This document shows, piece by piece, positions 39,601-54,600 of a DNA stretch of 64,000 nt (position 1 is the first letter of the stretch; every line of letters starts with the position of its first letter). The notes beneath the pieces were generated by a model. That model had not been told where the DNA came from and made no database searches. It saw only the letters and a list, made by a program, of their open reading frames with translations. The position numbers were made by a program, and so were the translations under genes. The DNA is from Yuukianura sp. NJ FZ-2021 (Eukaryota): the NCBI GenBank assembly GCA_046563655.1, contig CM102289.1, positions 5,518,001-5,582,000 on the forward strand, read 5' to 3'.

Positions 39601-42600
39601 TTCAAATAGCCTCTCCCTACTCCAACTCCAGAAGCGTACAACCCTCCAGGGGCAAACGCTGGAAGTGGTCTAAGGTAATCGTCTAAAACAAAACAGCGCA
39701 TGCCTGGTAGTGCTTTTCCGATTACCCAAACTTCTGCTTTCTGAGTCAGCTCTTTCGAGGTCAAAATGATACTAGTTTCTGTTGGACCATAAAAGTTGAT
39801 AAGTTGGACTTTGGATGTCCAGTAGGCAGCGACATCTTGGCGACAACTTTCTCCGCAGTACGAAATGACCTTGAGATTTGGAAAATCCATTTTCGGCAAT
39901 GTTTGAAGCAGTGAAGGAGCAATGTACAAGTAAGTAATGAGATTCTTCTGTAGGTAATTTCCGAGTAACTCCGGATCTTTCCGAACTGGGTCAGATAGAA
40001 AGTGGATCGTTCCACCACAGAAAAGTGGTCCAAAGATTTCCACCACAGAGAGGTCAAACACAATTGCTGAGGTCACGGTAGCTCGAATCGGAACGTTAAG
40101 TTGGTACTGCTGTGCAAAAGCTCTGATGGAATTTACTACCCCGGCTTGGCCCAGCAAAACTCCCTTGGGTTTCCCAGTACTTCCAGAAGTATACAAACAG
40201 TAAGCAAGTGGATCTCGCTCACAGCGTATGTTCAAATTGTCACGTGACATGGACTTTACCCCATGTAGAACTTCCTGGGAGTCTACTAGAAGTAGAGTTG
40301 GCGGAGATTCCCAAGTACTTACAATGTCTTTCAGTTTCTGCACATGCGTAGAGTCTGTCAAGATGAGTGAAAGTTTCGAGTCTTCTAAGACATACTGTAA
40401 CCTGCCTGTCGGATAGCTCGTGTCAATCGGAAGATAAGCTCCGCCCCCTTTTAATATTCCCAGAATACCCACCACCATTGTTTCGTTCCTTTCTAAATAA
40501 AGTCCAACCAAAGGATTTTCATCTGATTTCAAATTTCCCGCCAATTGTAAATACCTCGCCAACTGATTGGTTGCTCCGTTCAACTCGGAATAAGTAAACT
40601 CTTTCTGTTCAAAAACAAGCGCCAAATCGTCCGGATGTTTTTGAACTGTCAATTCAAAACAACCAGAAATTGTAGTCGGCTCAACCGACTTCGGCAAATC
40701 ACAAATTTCAAAATTTTGGACAAATGAAATTTCCTTTACAGTTTTAGCCGAATCAAATGCAATTTGGTTCAAAATGTGCACAAAAGTTTCTTGTAAACTC
40801 AAAATTGCCTCGTCAGTGTAAATTGACCTTGAGTAGTTAACCTTGACCTTAAGTCCCTCATCTTCCCAACCCATCAGAACTATAGGATAGTCAATACTCT
40901 CATGAACACTTTCAAACTGTGCTCTGAGGTCAACCACTTTGTTACCAGATGCTGGCTTTGGATAATTTTCGTAAATAACTAAAGAGTCAAACAGTTTAAT
41001 GCCCTGAGGTTGTATTTTGGCCAAATTGATGCTTGATCTTTGACTTATTTCGGCCGTCTTTTGATGAATTGCTTTAATAGCATCTACGATTGATTGCTTA
41101 ATTGACTTTGTCTGATCTACTACTAGAGGAAGCGTGTTAATGAAAAGTCCAACTGACGATTCGATTCCAGCTACCGGCATTTCACGACCGGAAACGACTG
41201 TACCAGTGACAGTAGTCGAACAAGAGCCAAATACAAACAAAATTTGATGCCAAGCAAATTGAAGAATAGAGCTCAACGTGAGGTCATGTTGACGTGCCAA
41301 CTGATTCAAAGCAACTAAGCAATCCTTGTCCAACTGTATCTGCAGGTCAGCTCTTCCCGATTGACCGGTTTGACCCGAATGAGGTTTCAAGCCTAAAAGG
41401 TCATTGACCTGCGTCACTTGGCTCACTTCCTCTCTCCACCAATCCAAATGATCAACTCTATGCTGTTGTAAATACTTCTGCGCAGAAGTGTAGCTCGCGT
41501 CTGGCACGACCTCTAGCTTAATTCCTTCTCGTGCTGCGTTGTAGTGAGCATGAACAGCTCCAAGGACAATGGGAAGTGACCAACCGTCGAGAATCGTATG
41601 ATGAGAACTAAAAATGCAGTGAATCAAGTTTTGGTTCTCTCGGATGAAATAAATTCTAAAAAGCCCACTTTCTTTTAAATTGAACAATTCTTTACGATCT
41701 TCATTTTGAAGTTTGTGGAGAGCTGATGCTTGCTTTTCTAAGCTCAAGTGACTGTGATCGACCAATCGGAAATCGGTGTCTACCGTTTTGTCTATAATTT
41801 GAACCAGTGAATCTTCCCAGGAAAAGCGCAGACGCAAACTCGGAAATTTCTGGGCAGCGAAAACCCAAGCTGCCTTAAATTTTTGATGGTCCACATCAGT
41901 CTCGTATCTCCAAACCTGTTGCACAATGTACGCATCTTCCTCACCTTCAATTGGATTCAAAGTTCTGTAAATAAAACCTTCTTGCAAACTGTTTGCCAAG
42001 AACACGCCCTCTACCTCTCCTCTGCTCTGAATCTCATTCAAAATTTCTAAAGTCACGACGTTATCAACATCAGACGGAGTTAAAAACGTTCTGTTAACTG
42101 AATCACAGTGATCGGCAATGTCAACCAAACATTTCTCCAAGGTTGACCCCACTAGCTCCACCGGCAGTCGGCGTGAACCAATCACAAAGCTCAGAAATCC
42201 GTTCATCACTGAAGCAACAATTGACAAATCGCCAACAGAATTTCCATCTTCCGGGAATGTTAAATGACCCAAAAACTTAGCCAATTTCCACTCACTTGCC
42301 GGATCAGAATCTGCCGACGTTTGGTTAGATTTTCCTACATACTGACCTAAGTAATTGAATGATGTTGATGGTAACGGCAATTGAGGATCGTTGTAACCAA
42401 AAAGCGCGCCAAATCCAATTCCTTTGTCTGGAATTGACCTGAGTGTTTCTTTGACCGACACGATTGTTTTGTCAGTAGAGGCAAACGCTTCTAACGGAAC
42501 TGGAAACATACTGGTGAACCAACCAACAGTTCTGCCTACATCTACTCGTTCATCAATTTCTTCCCTGCCGTGGCCTTCCAGAAGAACAAAATTTCTGTTT

Positions 42601-45600
42601 CTGTTTTCAAGTTTTTGTAGAGTCATTGCCAATGCTGAGAGCATGAGGTCATTCACCTCTGTGTGATACACCCCATTGCATTTCCTTACAAGCGAATCTG
42701 TCAAGTCTTTGGACAAAGTCACGGTGACATGTGACCAATTTGCAGTGACCAATGGAATGCAAGGCGGAATTTGTCCAAGGAAAGAATTCCAGAATTCTTT
42801 CTGCGACGAATGTATAATGCCATAATTTTTGATAACCTCTACCCACTGTCTGTAGCTGGTTCCCTTTTGTCCTAACTGCTTCTGCGCATAGATGCTACTC
42901 AGATCCTCCATGATAATACGCCAACTTACGGTGTCACCAAGCAAATGATGGAAAGCACAGAACAGGCGACACTTTCCGTCAGAAAAGCCATGCAAATAGC
43001 CAAATGAGGTCAATAGCCCTGTTGCAAGGTCAAAGTCACTTTGCCATGCGCGAAATATTTGGGACAAGGTGTCGTTGGATTCGTCAGCAGTAATGTTCAG
43101 TCCCAATGTTTTCACATCCAGAATTTTAATTTTGATGTTCGGAATGCAGGACTCGTAAGTTTGAAATGGAAATTTAGAAAATGAAAGTCTAAGAGAATCG
43201 TGAAATTGAAACAATTCAGTAACGGATGATTTCAGGCGAACTATGTTAAGTGCAGGAACGTCAATTAAGAACGAGTGATTCCAGAAACTGGGTTGTTTTA
43301 AATTCAAATTGAAAAACCATTTTTGTATTGGCAAAATTTCAAATTCTCCGCTCAAAATTCCTTGCTCGGAAAGTTTCGGTACAACTTTGGATGATGAATT
43401 ACGAGACAAACCTTCACAAATTCTGCGAACCGTTTTCCACTCAAAAACGTCTTTGACATTCACTGTTAGACCAAGTTGCGACCGTATTCTGCCTACAACT
43501 TGAATGTTGGAAATGCTGTCACCACCCAATTGGAAGAAGCTGTCAGTCACACCAAACTGTTCAACGGGAATTCCAAGGACACTGCTCCAGATTTTGTGAA
43601 CTTCGACCTCAAGCTTAGTCTTGGGAGCAACTCTATCCTCATCAGTTGAAAATTGAGGTTCGGGAAGTGCCTTTCGATCTACTTTTCCAGTGACAGCCAA
43701 TGGGAATGCATCAAGGTGTGCAAGGGCTGATGGAACCATGTAGTGCGGTAATTTAGCACTCAAATATTCAAGAATCTCAGAATGTGGAAGTGGAACTGCC
43801 GAGGTGTAGTAAACTACAATCCGTTTTGAACCACCAATTTCACGCACTTGAGCAATACAAGCAGAAATCTGCGGATAAGAAGCCAAACTAGACTCAATTT
43901 CACCCAATTCAATTCGAAACCCACGAACTTTGACCTGCGTATCAACACGACCAACAAACTCCAAATTTCCATCCAACGTCCATCGCACAAGGTCACCAGT
44001 ACGATACAAATTCATTGGATCTTCCCCTGCAAAAGAGTGAGTGATGAAAGCCTTTTGCATTTCGTCTTCACGATTCAAATAACCCCGCCCAACACCTTTC
44101 CCGCCAACCAACAATTCACCAATGGCCAAAGGAGGAAGCAAAGCCAAATCCTCATTCACAACAAAACAAGTGACATTGTGCAATGGTTTCCCAATGTCAG
44201 ACACACGTTCATCTTCAACCCACTTTCCGGTGGCTGCAATACTCGTTTCGGTGGGGCCATAAGAATTGTACAAACGGACGCGAGTAGTCCAGTATTTGGC
44301 TACACCCACAGGAATTCCATCACCACCGAAAGAAATTGTTCTGAGAGAAGGAATGTCAATTTGCGGTAGATTTGAAAGGAGAGCGGGAGTGAGGTAGAAG
44401 TTTGTAATGGATTCTTTTCGGAAGTATTCGGAGAGGAGGTGAGTGTCTTTTCGGGTAGTTTCGGAGAGGAGATGAATGCAACCACCACGAGTCCAAGGAC
44501 TCCAAACTTCCATCAGAAAAGCATCGAAAGCGTATGAGCAGAAAACGGTGGATCGAATGTCGTTGTCTCTGTTTTCAAAAATGTCATGTGCATAAGAGTA
44601 GATTGTGTTGACTGCGCCTGCGTGGTGGACAAGCACCCCTTTGGGCACTCCTGTTGTTCCTGACGTGTAAATGCAATAAGCAAGCGAATTGGAAGTCCCC
44701 TTGCCCAACGTTTCTTTGTTTTCCAAACTTAGTTTGACTTCTATTTCTTCCGAATCGATGGAAATTACCTTAACATTTTCCGAATCAAAAGCCGAGTGCT
44801 TTCTGTGTTTGTCATTGGTCAAAACAACCTCAACTCCTGAATCCTGCAAGATGAATTTGATTCGTTCCGCGGGCAGATTCAAATCAATTGGAACGTAGGC
44901 AAAACCTCCCTTCAAAACCCCGATCATTCCAATGAGCAAATCTTCCGTTCTTTCCAAAAACAATCCAATGAGTGACTCTGATTTGACACCGAATTTAACC
45001 AAGTAATTTCCCAACTGATTTGCACGTTCATCGATTTGTTTGAAGGTCAATTCGTGCCCTTCAACTACCAAACCTACTTTTTCTGGCCACTTTTCTGAAG
45101 CTTCTTCCAAAATTCCATGAAGTGTACCTGGAGCACAGAAATCTTTCTTTTCTCCTCTACCAAACTCCAGAACTTTTTCCAAATATGAATTTGCCAAGAA
45201 ATTGAGTGAACTGGGTTTCGTCAAAGGCGTTTTCGCCACTTGGTTTGTAATTTCTCCAAAAACGTGCGCCATTTGATCAACTCCTTCAGCAGAATAAACT
45301 GCCTCAGAGTGGTTTATAATCATTTCAAATCTCCCTCTCGTTTCCCACGCTGTCACTACAAGAGGATAGTCAAGTCTCTCTGTCACTTTTTTGAAAAATG
45401 GATACAGTGCTGGTTTTTGTTTGTAACTGGCATTTCTTGGATAATTTTCAAAAACGAAAATATTTTCAAAAAGTCTTTCACCAGGAGGCTGAAGTTTTGC
45501 CAATTGCACATTTGTTCTTGAGTTCAATTCTGTCAATTTTGCCTGCAAATATTGAACAGCCTCAAGCAAATTTCCGGAAAGCTGATTGTGGTCCACTACT

Positions 45601-48600
45601 AAAGGCAAAGTGTTAATGAACAAGCCAATTGCCGTTTCAATTCCAGCCAATGGAATATTCCGACCTGACGCCACTGTCCCTGTGACGGTGACCTTTGACC
45701 TACTGAATACGTGAAGAGTTTTGTGCCACACAAATTGCAAAATTGCATTTAGTGTAACGCCTTTTCCACGCCCAAGTTCTTTTAATTTCAAAAACGTTTC
45801 TGGATCTAAATTGAATCGAATTTCCCGCGTTGTGGATTTGAGTACTGGAGCTGGAGGCCGTTGCTGCAAATTTGTTGAAATCAAGCCACTAATTTCCTGT
45901 CTCCCTTCTGAAATCATTCCAACTTGCTCCCGCCAGTAGCCCAAGTTAGACTCCATGTGATTGGCCAAATACTTTTGAGCAGTAATGTAACTGAGGTCAG
46001 CAGGGTCACGTGGGATGTCACCTTCGACCAATCTGGAATAAGCCACATGAACTTCCGTAATGAGCACGGGAAGTGACCATCCATCTAGAATTGCATGATG
46101 GAAACTCAACATTCCCGTGTACTCTATGTCCGACTCCCGCATCAAATAAATTCTAAACAACTTTCCCGCGCTAAGGTCAAACAACTCCCTCCGATCTGCT
46201 GCTATGATTTCATCTGGAGTGAGGTCTGTTGACCTTTGACCTTCCCGCAGATCAAAGTACCTAAAGTCAAATGAACTTTCCTTGTCTACTATTTGAAGCA
46301 GTTGATCTTCCCAGTCAAATCGAAGTCTGAGGGCTGGATGTCGCCGTACAAGGTCTAACCAAGCTTGGACAAAATAGTCGAGATTGACTTCCTGATGATA
46401 CTTCCAAATTTCATGGACAATGTAACTGTCGTCAATATTTTCTTGCATTTGGGCCAAAGCATGATGGATAAAACCTTGTTGCAAATTATTAGCCAATAGA
46501 ATCGCTTCAAATTCTCCCTTCTTTCTGATTCGTTCAATCGTTTCAGCACTGATATTCAAAACAATGTCATTTATATCATTGACCTCTCCATGAACTTTGA
46601 CCTCGCGGTTAGCCCAAACTGAATCCATTAACCTCTCAATTGTTTGATACTCAAAAATATCTTTCACGGAAACATCAAATCCTAAAACTTCCCGCATACG
46701 CCCTGCAATCTGAATGCTACTGACACTGTCACCTCCCAATTCAAAAAAGTTGTCTGAAATTCCAAAAGCGTCGACAGAAATGCGTAAAACAGAAGCCCAA
46801 AGTTCTCTCACTTCTCCCTCAACTTCGTTTCTCGGCAAATCAATTTCAGTTTTTCCAAAAAATCCTGGCGCTGGAAGTGCCTTTCGATCCACTTTTCCAC
46901 CAATCGTGAGTGGAAGGGCTTCTAAACGTAAAAATCTCGATGGAATCATGTAAGCTGGAACATAATTACGCAGATGATCTTCCATGTCTTTTTGTAAAAT
47001 TTCGTTTTCAAGTGTTGTGTAATAAGCTACCAAGTATTTTGTTGCAACGTCTGTCGCTGTTTCACCTTCCCTAACTTTTACTGCAACGGTGCACTGCTCA
47101 ATCCCTGGGAATCTGCGCAGATGAGATTCGATTTCACCTAGTTCGATTCTGTAGCCTCGAATTTTGACTTGCAAATCTACACGTCCAACGTATTCTAACT
47201 TTCCATCTAAACGCCACCGCACTAAATCTCCTGTCCGATACAACTTGGAATGTTTCCCTTCAGAGGCTTGCTGTTCCGTTTGAAACGGATTTGAAACGAA
47301 CTTTTCGGCGGTAACTTTTGGTTTGTTCAAATATCCGCGGCAAATTCCCTCTCCACCGATACAAAGTTCACCTAAAGCCAAAATTGGAACTTTTTTAAGT
47401 TGTGGACTCAGAACATGAATGGAGACGTTTGTCATTGGTCGACCAATCACCGCAGCGTCATCTGCCACCAGTAGATGCTCTGTGTCTACACATGAAGTTT
47501 CGGTCGTTCCGTGGTAGTTGTAAAACCGAACTTTGGGTGCCCACACATCGGCAACACTTTGTGGACAACCTTCACCTGAAAACACAATGACCTTGAGCGA
47601 TGGATACGGAATGGGAGGCAGTGTTGCCAAAAATGCTGGTGGAAGGTACATGTGTGTGATTTCCTGTTGCAGCATGTACTCACTGACGAGTCGTGCGTCG
47701 TGCCGAGTCGTTTCACTCAAAAGATGAACCGAACCTCCGACAAACCAAGTTCCAAAAATTTCCAGCACTGATGCATCGAACATGTACGAAGTGAAAGCAG
47801 TTTCTCGAATGGTGTGCGCCTGTGCATTGGCAAAAATTGATGAATAAGATCTCAGTGTGTTAACTACTCCACCATGTTCGACGAGAACCCCCTTGGGGAC
47901 TCCTGTTGTTCCGGAAGTGTAGATGCAGTAACACAAATCGTGTCGACCAATCGGAAGATTCAAATTTTTGATTGGTTCCTGGCTGACTTTTGTTTGAAAC
48001 TCGTGTGAATCTACTGCAATTGTCGTAATTTGTGGCCTATCAATTTCAGCTAATCTGTCCAAGTGCTCACTATTCGTCAGAATCAGCGGAACTGCTGTGT
48101 CGTCTAGAACATACTGTAATCTGTCTGTTGGATAATCAGTTGCAATTGGAACATAGCCTGACCCTGACTTAAGAACAGCCAACATGGCCACCAACATGTT
48201 CTCATTTCTGCTCATGTAAAGACCAATAAGCGGAGATGGTTTGACCTTAACTCCACCGCGCATGCGCACCAAGAAACTCGCAAGCTGATTGGCTCTTGCG
48301 TTCAGTTCGGCATAGCTCCATCTTGTAGATTCAAAAACAACTGCCTCCAAATCCGGATTCTGCGCAGTCACGCTTTCAACGACTTCATGAATCGTAAAAG
48401 GAGCTACAAAAGGAATCGATTTTTCAATACTAAACGCCTGTAAACGATCAAAATTGGCGCCATCAACAAGATTCAAATTTGAAACCGACAAAGTTGGATT
48501 CTGGGCAACTTGAGACAAAATTTCCATAAATGTTGAAGTAAAATTTTGCATGACCGGAGCCGAAAATAAATCTGCCGAGTAAACCAATTTCCCTGCAACT

Positions 48601-51600
48601 ACACCATCGATTTCACCGGCAACAAAAACTAAAGGATAGTCAAATTTTTCAACTCCGCGTTCAAATTCAATTGACAGTTTCGAATTTTTTGATTTTTGTA
48701 CTGGAAAACTTTCATAAACAAAAATTGAATCAAATAATCTCTCTCCACTGCCAGCCTTTGAATGAAGTTGTGCCAATTGTGAAGCACTTCGAGAGTTGAG
48801 TTCTGCTATACAATTTTGTACATTTGAAATTGCCTCCAAAATGGTAAAATCTTTCAAACTGTCATGATCAATAACCAATGGCAGCGTGTTAATAAAAAGC
48901 CCGACACAATTTTCAACCCCTTGTACCGGAATATTTCGACCTGACACGACTGTACCGACCACTGTGACCTCTGCTGTTCCAAAAACTTGCAGCGTTTTGT
49001 GCCATGCGTATTGGAGGACCGAGTTGATCGTGACGTCACTTTGGCGGCAAACCCGGTTCAATTCAAAACTTAGTTGCTGAGTAATTGGAAACGTAAATTC
49101 TGTTGGTGTCTGAACAACCTTTTCCTTTGCAATTGCAGAAACTCCAGAAATATTGTCACTAACTAAACCTACAAGTTCAGATCGTTCTGAAATGAGTCCA
49201 AGTCTGTCTTCCCAGTATTTTGCATCGTCATTTGCAACTTCCTGAATATATTTTTGAGCATCAAAGAATGTCAATTGTGGGTCAACGTTCGGATGACCTC
49301 CTAATTCTAGCAAAGCATAAGTGTCATGGACGTAGTTGAGTAAAATAGAATTTGACCAACCATCTAAAATGGAATGATGAGTGCTAAAAAGACACCAAAA
49401 TTCACTTTCTCCTGTTTTGACCAAATAAATTCGAAATAGTGGTCCATTTGCTAAGTCATAAGGTTCCGCTCTGTCGTTTTCGGCAATCGATGCCAATTTT
49501 GTTCGTCTATCGTCGTCACTCAAGTTTGTCAAATTGAGGAACCTAAAGTCCAGTGGCGGTCCATTTTTAGAAACTACTTGGACAATTTCACTCCTCCAGT
49601 TGAAACTAAGTCGCAGTGATGGAAACTTTCGTTGTGCACATGCCCAAGCTTTCTTGTAAGATTCTAAGTTAATTGCAGCACGATAAGTCCAAATACCTTG
49701 AACAACGTATGAGTCATCTCCACCCCGGAGAGCATGAAAAACAAAACCAGCTTGTAAACTATTTGCTTTGAAAATGGCCTCCACCTCCCCACGTTCTTGG
49801 ATGACCTTGAGGTCACTCAAGCTTACTACACCTCCAACATCAGTCGAACTCAAGTAACTCCTGCCTTGACCTAGACAATGTTCTACAATACCTTTCAATT
49901 CATCCTCAAAAGCCTTTGTCAACCTATTAGAATCAACTTCTTCAGAAACTGACCGAACATTGATCGATACTTGACCGTTAACAACTGACACTGAAATTGA
50001 AACTTCTCCAGGAATGGGATTTTCCGGATGAGTTGCAACTCCCGCCAACTCAATTCCGGCAAACCGAACGTGATCGGAATCTGAATCAGAGGTCGTTGAC
50101 CTCTCAGCACTAAATTGACCTAAGTAATTGAAATGTATAGCAGGAAGAGGAGGAGTTTTGTAGCCATAAGTAAGTCCATAGCCAATCCCCTTGTTCGGAA
50201 CAGACCGAACCGAATCTTTTGTTTTTTGAATAGTTTCGCCGATATTTTCCGGTTCATTCTCAAGTTTGAATGGAAACATTGTAGTGAACCAACCTACTGT
50301 TCGACTAACATCTAATCCACCTCCAATGTTCTCTCTACCGTGACCTTCTAAAGTAATCCATGTTTCGGTTTTTGAGGTCACAGAGGTCAGTGCCCTGGAC
50401 AACCCACTTAACAAAATTTCAAAAGTCTCAGTTCCGTAGGTTTCATTTGCAGAACGAAGAATGGCATTAGAAATGGATTGACTCAGGGTCATTTTGGAAC
50501 TGGTCGGCACAACTCTGTTGCTGCCGGATTTTTCTAAAATTTCCGAATCATTCAAAAATTTAGACCAATAGTCTTGTTCGTTATTTTTCTTAGAATAATT
50601 TTTGCTTTCTGAAATCCATTGTCTGTAGGAAGTTCCTTCTGGCTCAATCGCTTTTCCTTGAAATAGAGTATTCAAATCCTGGATAATTACGCGGGCACTG
50701 AAAGTGTCGATGATTAAATGATGAAAAGCAAAGAATAGCCTAGCAGATCCATCTGGAAAACCGTGGACGTACCCCAGGGAGTAGAGTGGACCCTGCTCAA
50801 GGTCAAAGTTCGACTGCCAACTTGTGGCAATTTGTTTTAGCTCGTCTTCGTCTTTAACATTCTGAACATTCAAAATTTTAAGTGATTTTAACCCGCCAAC
50901 GGTTTTCACTTTCTGCTGCGACGCTTTAAGATCAAAACGCATGCGCAGTGCGGGGTGTACTTTTTCTATTTCCCAAATTCTTTCAACTAAAACGCCCAAA
51001 TCTGTCGGTGGAATGCGAAGAACGAAAGCCTGGTTCCAGTGAGCGGGAAATTTAAAATTCAAATCAAAGAACCAACTTTGAATGGGCAAAAGCGAAAACA
51101 GTTCATCGTCAGAGTAAATTACTTTTGGTGCCAAAGTTTCAATTTTTGTCTTTTTCTGTTCTCCCGCCAAATGAGTGGCAATTGCCCGAATTGTTTTAAA
51201 TTCAAAAATGTCTTTTACGGTCAACGGAAGTCCTAATTCATTTTGAACTTTTCCAGAAACTTGGATGCTGCCAATAGAGTCACCGCCGAGGTTGAAAAAC
51301 GTTTTGGTTGTGCTAATAGACTGTGGCGCCAAATTCAAAATTTTGGACCAAATTTGAACTAGAGCGACCTCTAACTCATTCTGTGGTTTCCCTTCAGCGT
51401 CAACTTCATCTGAAAATTCCGGTACTGGAAGTTTACTTCTGTCAACTTTTCCTATGCCGACCAATGGAATGGCAGGAATCCGCACTAAGCAACTCGGAAT
51501 CATGTACTCAGGTAATCGGATTTTCAAAAAGTTTAAAATTTCCTGCTCTTGCAAAATTTTTTCAGAAACGTAGTAACCAACCAAAAATTTCACTCCTTCA

Positions 51601-54600
51601 TTATTCTCTTCGCTCCTTCTTACTTTCACATCCACCACTGCTTCATCTACTCCCGGAAATCCTACCAATCGCTGCTCAATTTCCTGCAACTCAATTCGAA
51701 ATCCGCGCAATTTAACTTGTGTATCCACCCGACCAACGAATTCCAAATTGCCATCTTCTGTCCACCGAACCAAGTCACCTGAACGGTACATACTGCCAGC
51801 TCCGAACGGGTTCGGAACGAATCTTGATTCGGTAAGTTTCGGTTGATTTAAATACCCTCGGGCCACTCCGATTCCACCAATGAACAGCTCTCCAACAGCC
51901 AGAGGTGGAACTGGCCTCATAAATTGATCCAAAACATAACATTTATAGTTAGGGTGTGGCCGACCAATCAAATTGAAATCTCCCGCACAAACTCTTTTGC
52001 ACGTCGCACTCATGGTGGCTTCCGTGGGGCCATAAACATTGTACACATCGACTTCTGAACACCAAAAGTCAGAAACAAACTGACTCAGAGCTTCTCCACC
52101 GCAGATAATTCCACGCATGTGTGGCAAAAGTCCTTTCTCTCTTGGAAACGAACCGAGCATAGCCGGAGAAATGTTGCCGAACTGAATTCGGTTTTGTTGA
52201 AGATACTTGACGAGTAACGTTGGATCTTTTCTGACTTCATCACTAACGACATGGACCGTATGCCCTCTGAGAACTGGTCCAAACAATTCTAATGCAAAAA
52301 CGTCAAATTCATAAGGACTTAGAGCTGTTGTACGCAAGTGCTCTTCTGTGTCATATAGAAATCCGTATGCCAATGCACCATTTCTCCCACTTTCATGTTC
52401 GACTAAAACGCCCTTGGGCACTCCTGTGGTTCCAGAAGTGTAAATGCAGTAAGCCAAATCGTTTTGGGAAGGAGTAGGCAGGAGCTGTGAATTTTCAAAA
52501 TTTTTCAAATTTTCCAAAATCAAAATTGGTGGCAATTCTAAATCACTCAGATTCAACTTTTGCACCATTGCGATACTGGTTAAGATGACTTTTGGTTTAG
52601 CGTCCTGGACAATGTATGATACTCTGTCCATTCCTTGGTCTACACTAATCGGCAGAAAAGCGGCGCCAGATTTCAAAACTCCAAGTAATGCCACGACGCA
52701 TGAGTGACTCCTTTCAAAAAACAAACCAATCAGATCATCGGCCTCAACGTTATAAGAAAGCAGCGCCTGTGCAACTTTGCTAGCTTCAAAATTCAATTCT
52801 GCGTAAGTCAAAGTTTCGCTTTCAAAAACAATCGCAGGACGTTCAGGAAATTTTGCCACTACTCGTAAAAATTCGCTCACAAGCGTTTCTTTCCCAATAG
52901 CTCTATTCTCCGTTTCGTTCCAAATTTCAATTATTTTTTCATAATTTGTCTCATTCAAAAATTTCAATTCATTCAACGGTTTTTCCAGGATTTTCAGTGT
53001 ATTGCTAAGAATTTGTTCAAAAGTTGCCAAAATCCTGTTAATTGAATCGGTTTCAAAAATTTCTCCGGCGTAGCCTAGCAACAATCGAATTTTCTTTTCC
53101 CGTTCTCTCTCGGCAGCTAACATACTCAAAGCATAGTCCAACTTTTCCTCCGTTCCAATAAATTTGACCTTCAACTTTTCTGAGGCTTCGGTGACATTCA
53201 TGTCAGGGTAATTTTCAAACACAAAAAGCGTGTCGAATAGTCTCTCGCCTTGTTTCTGCAGTCGACCTAACCGTACATTTGCTTTAGCGTTCATTTCAAT
53301 CAAAGATGTTTGAATTGCTCTAATTTTGTCAATGACCTTCATTTGACCTTGACCTGCGTTTGACCCGTGGTCAACAACAAGTGGAAGTGTGTTAATGAAC
53401 AAACCAACGCTGCTGTCGATACCATCAATGGGCAACTCCCTTCCAGAAACCACTGTCCCTACAACTGTTATTTGTTCAGTTCCATACAAATGGAGTACTT
53501 CGTGCCATGCGTACTGCAGGAGAACACTTAAAGTCAGTTCATGTCTACGACATGCATCTTTCATGTCATCGTAAAGGTCACCGGAAATGAACAATTCTTT
53601 TTCGACACGATTTTGAATTCGACGGACATCAAAAAGTGACGTTCGCCTTCCAGGATCTGAGTTTCCAAAGAAACCAACCAATTCATTTCTCCCATTGACT
53701 TTAGTCAAAGTTTCTCTCCAGTATTGCTCATGTTCGTGTGCATGTTCCTGTAAATGCTTCTGCGCAGCTGGATATGCCAAGTCAACTTTGTCCAAAATAC
53801 TTAACCTTTGACCTCTACAAAGCTCTTCGTACGTTTGATGTAAAGCTCTCAGCAGAACAGGTCCACTCCAACCGTCTAGAATTGCATGGTGTGCAGTGAA
53901 CAGCGTCGTGAACAAATTTTCCCGCTGCTGAATCAAGTGAACTCTAAACAAAGGCGCCGAATTCAAACTAAATTCATCTTTCCTGTCTTTCTTTCTCAGT
54001 GAATCCAACTTTTCCCGCCAAATATTTGGTTCCTCTCCCGACCAATCCAAAATTCGCCAGTCAATAACCGCTTCTTTATCAATTATTTGAAACATTCCCT
54101 CATCAGATCCCCACGAAAAGCGCAAACGCATACTCGGAAAAGCTTGGACAACTTTAGTCCATGCTGACCTCAGATGACCCAGGTCAAGTTGACAGTGATA
54201 TTCCCATAAAAATTGATTAATGTAAGAATCGTCCTCGTGACCTTGATGTAAATGGTGGTAAACAAAACCTTCTTGCAGACTGTTTGCTTTGTAAACTGCC
54301 TCTACCTCTCTGTTTTCCTGCAACTTCTCCAGTTCGTTCCAGCTCATCACCCAACTGACGTCACTCAGCGATAGTCGGCTGCGATTGGCCGATTCCAAGT
54401 GAGACGCAACCGATGTAAGTTCAGAAGCAATCAAATTTCCTACCTCATCTGCGCCCATTTCCAAACAAGTTGAAACTGTAAAATGCAAAGCGCCCTCTGC
54501 CGCATAACTCAAAATTGCAACAAGATCGGCTGGAACATCCTCCCGATGCATCGTCACTCCCGCCTTGTCTCCACACATTTTCCATTCTCTGTCTTCACTG

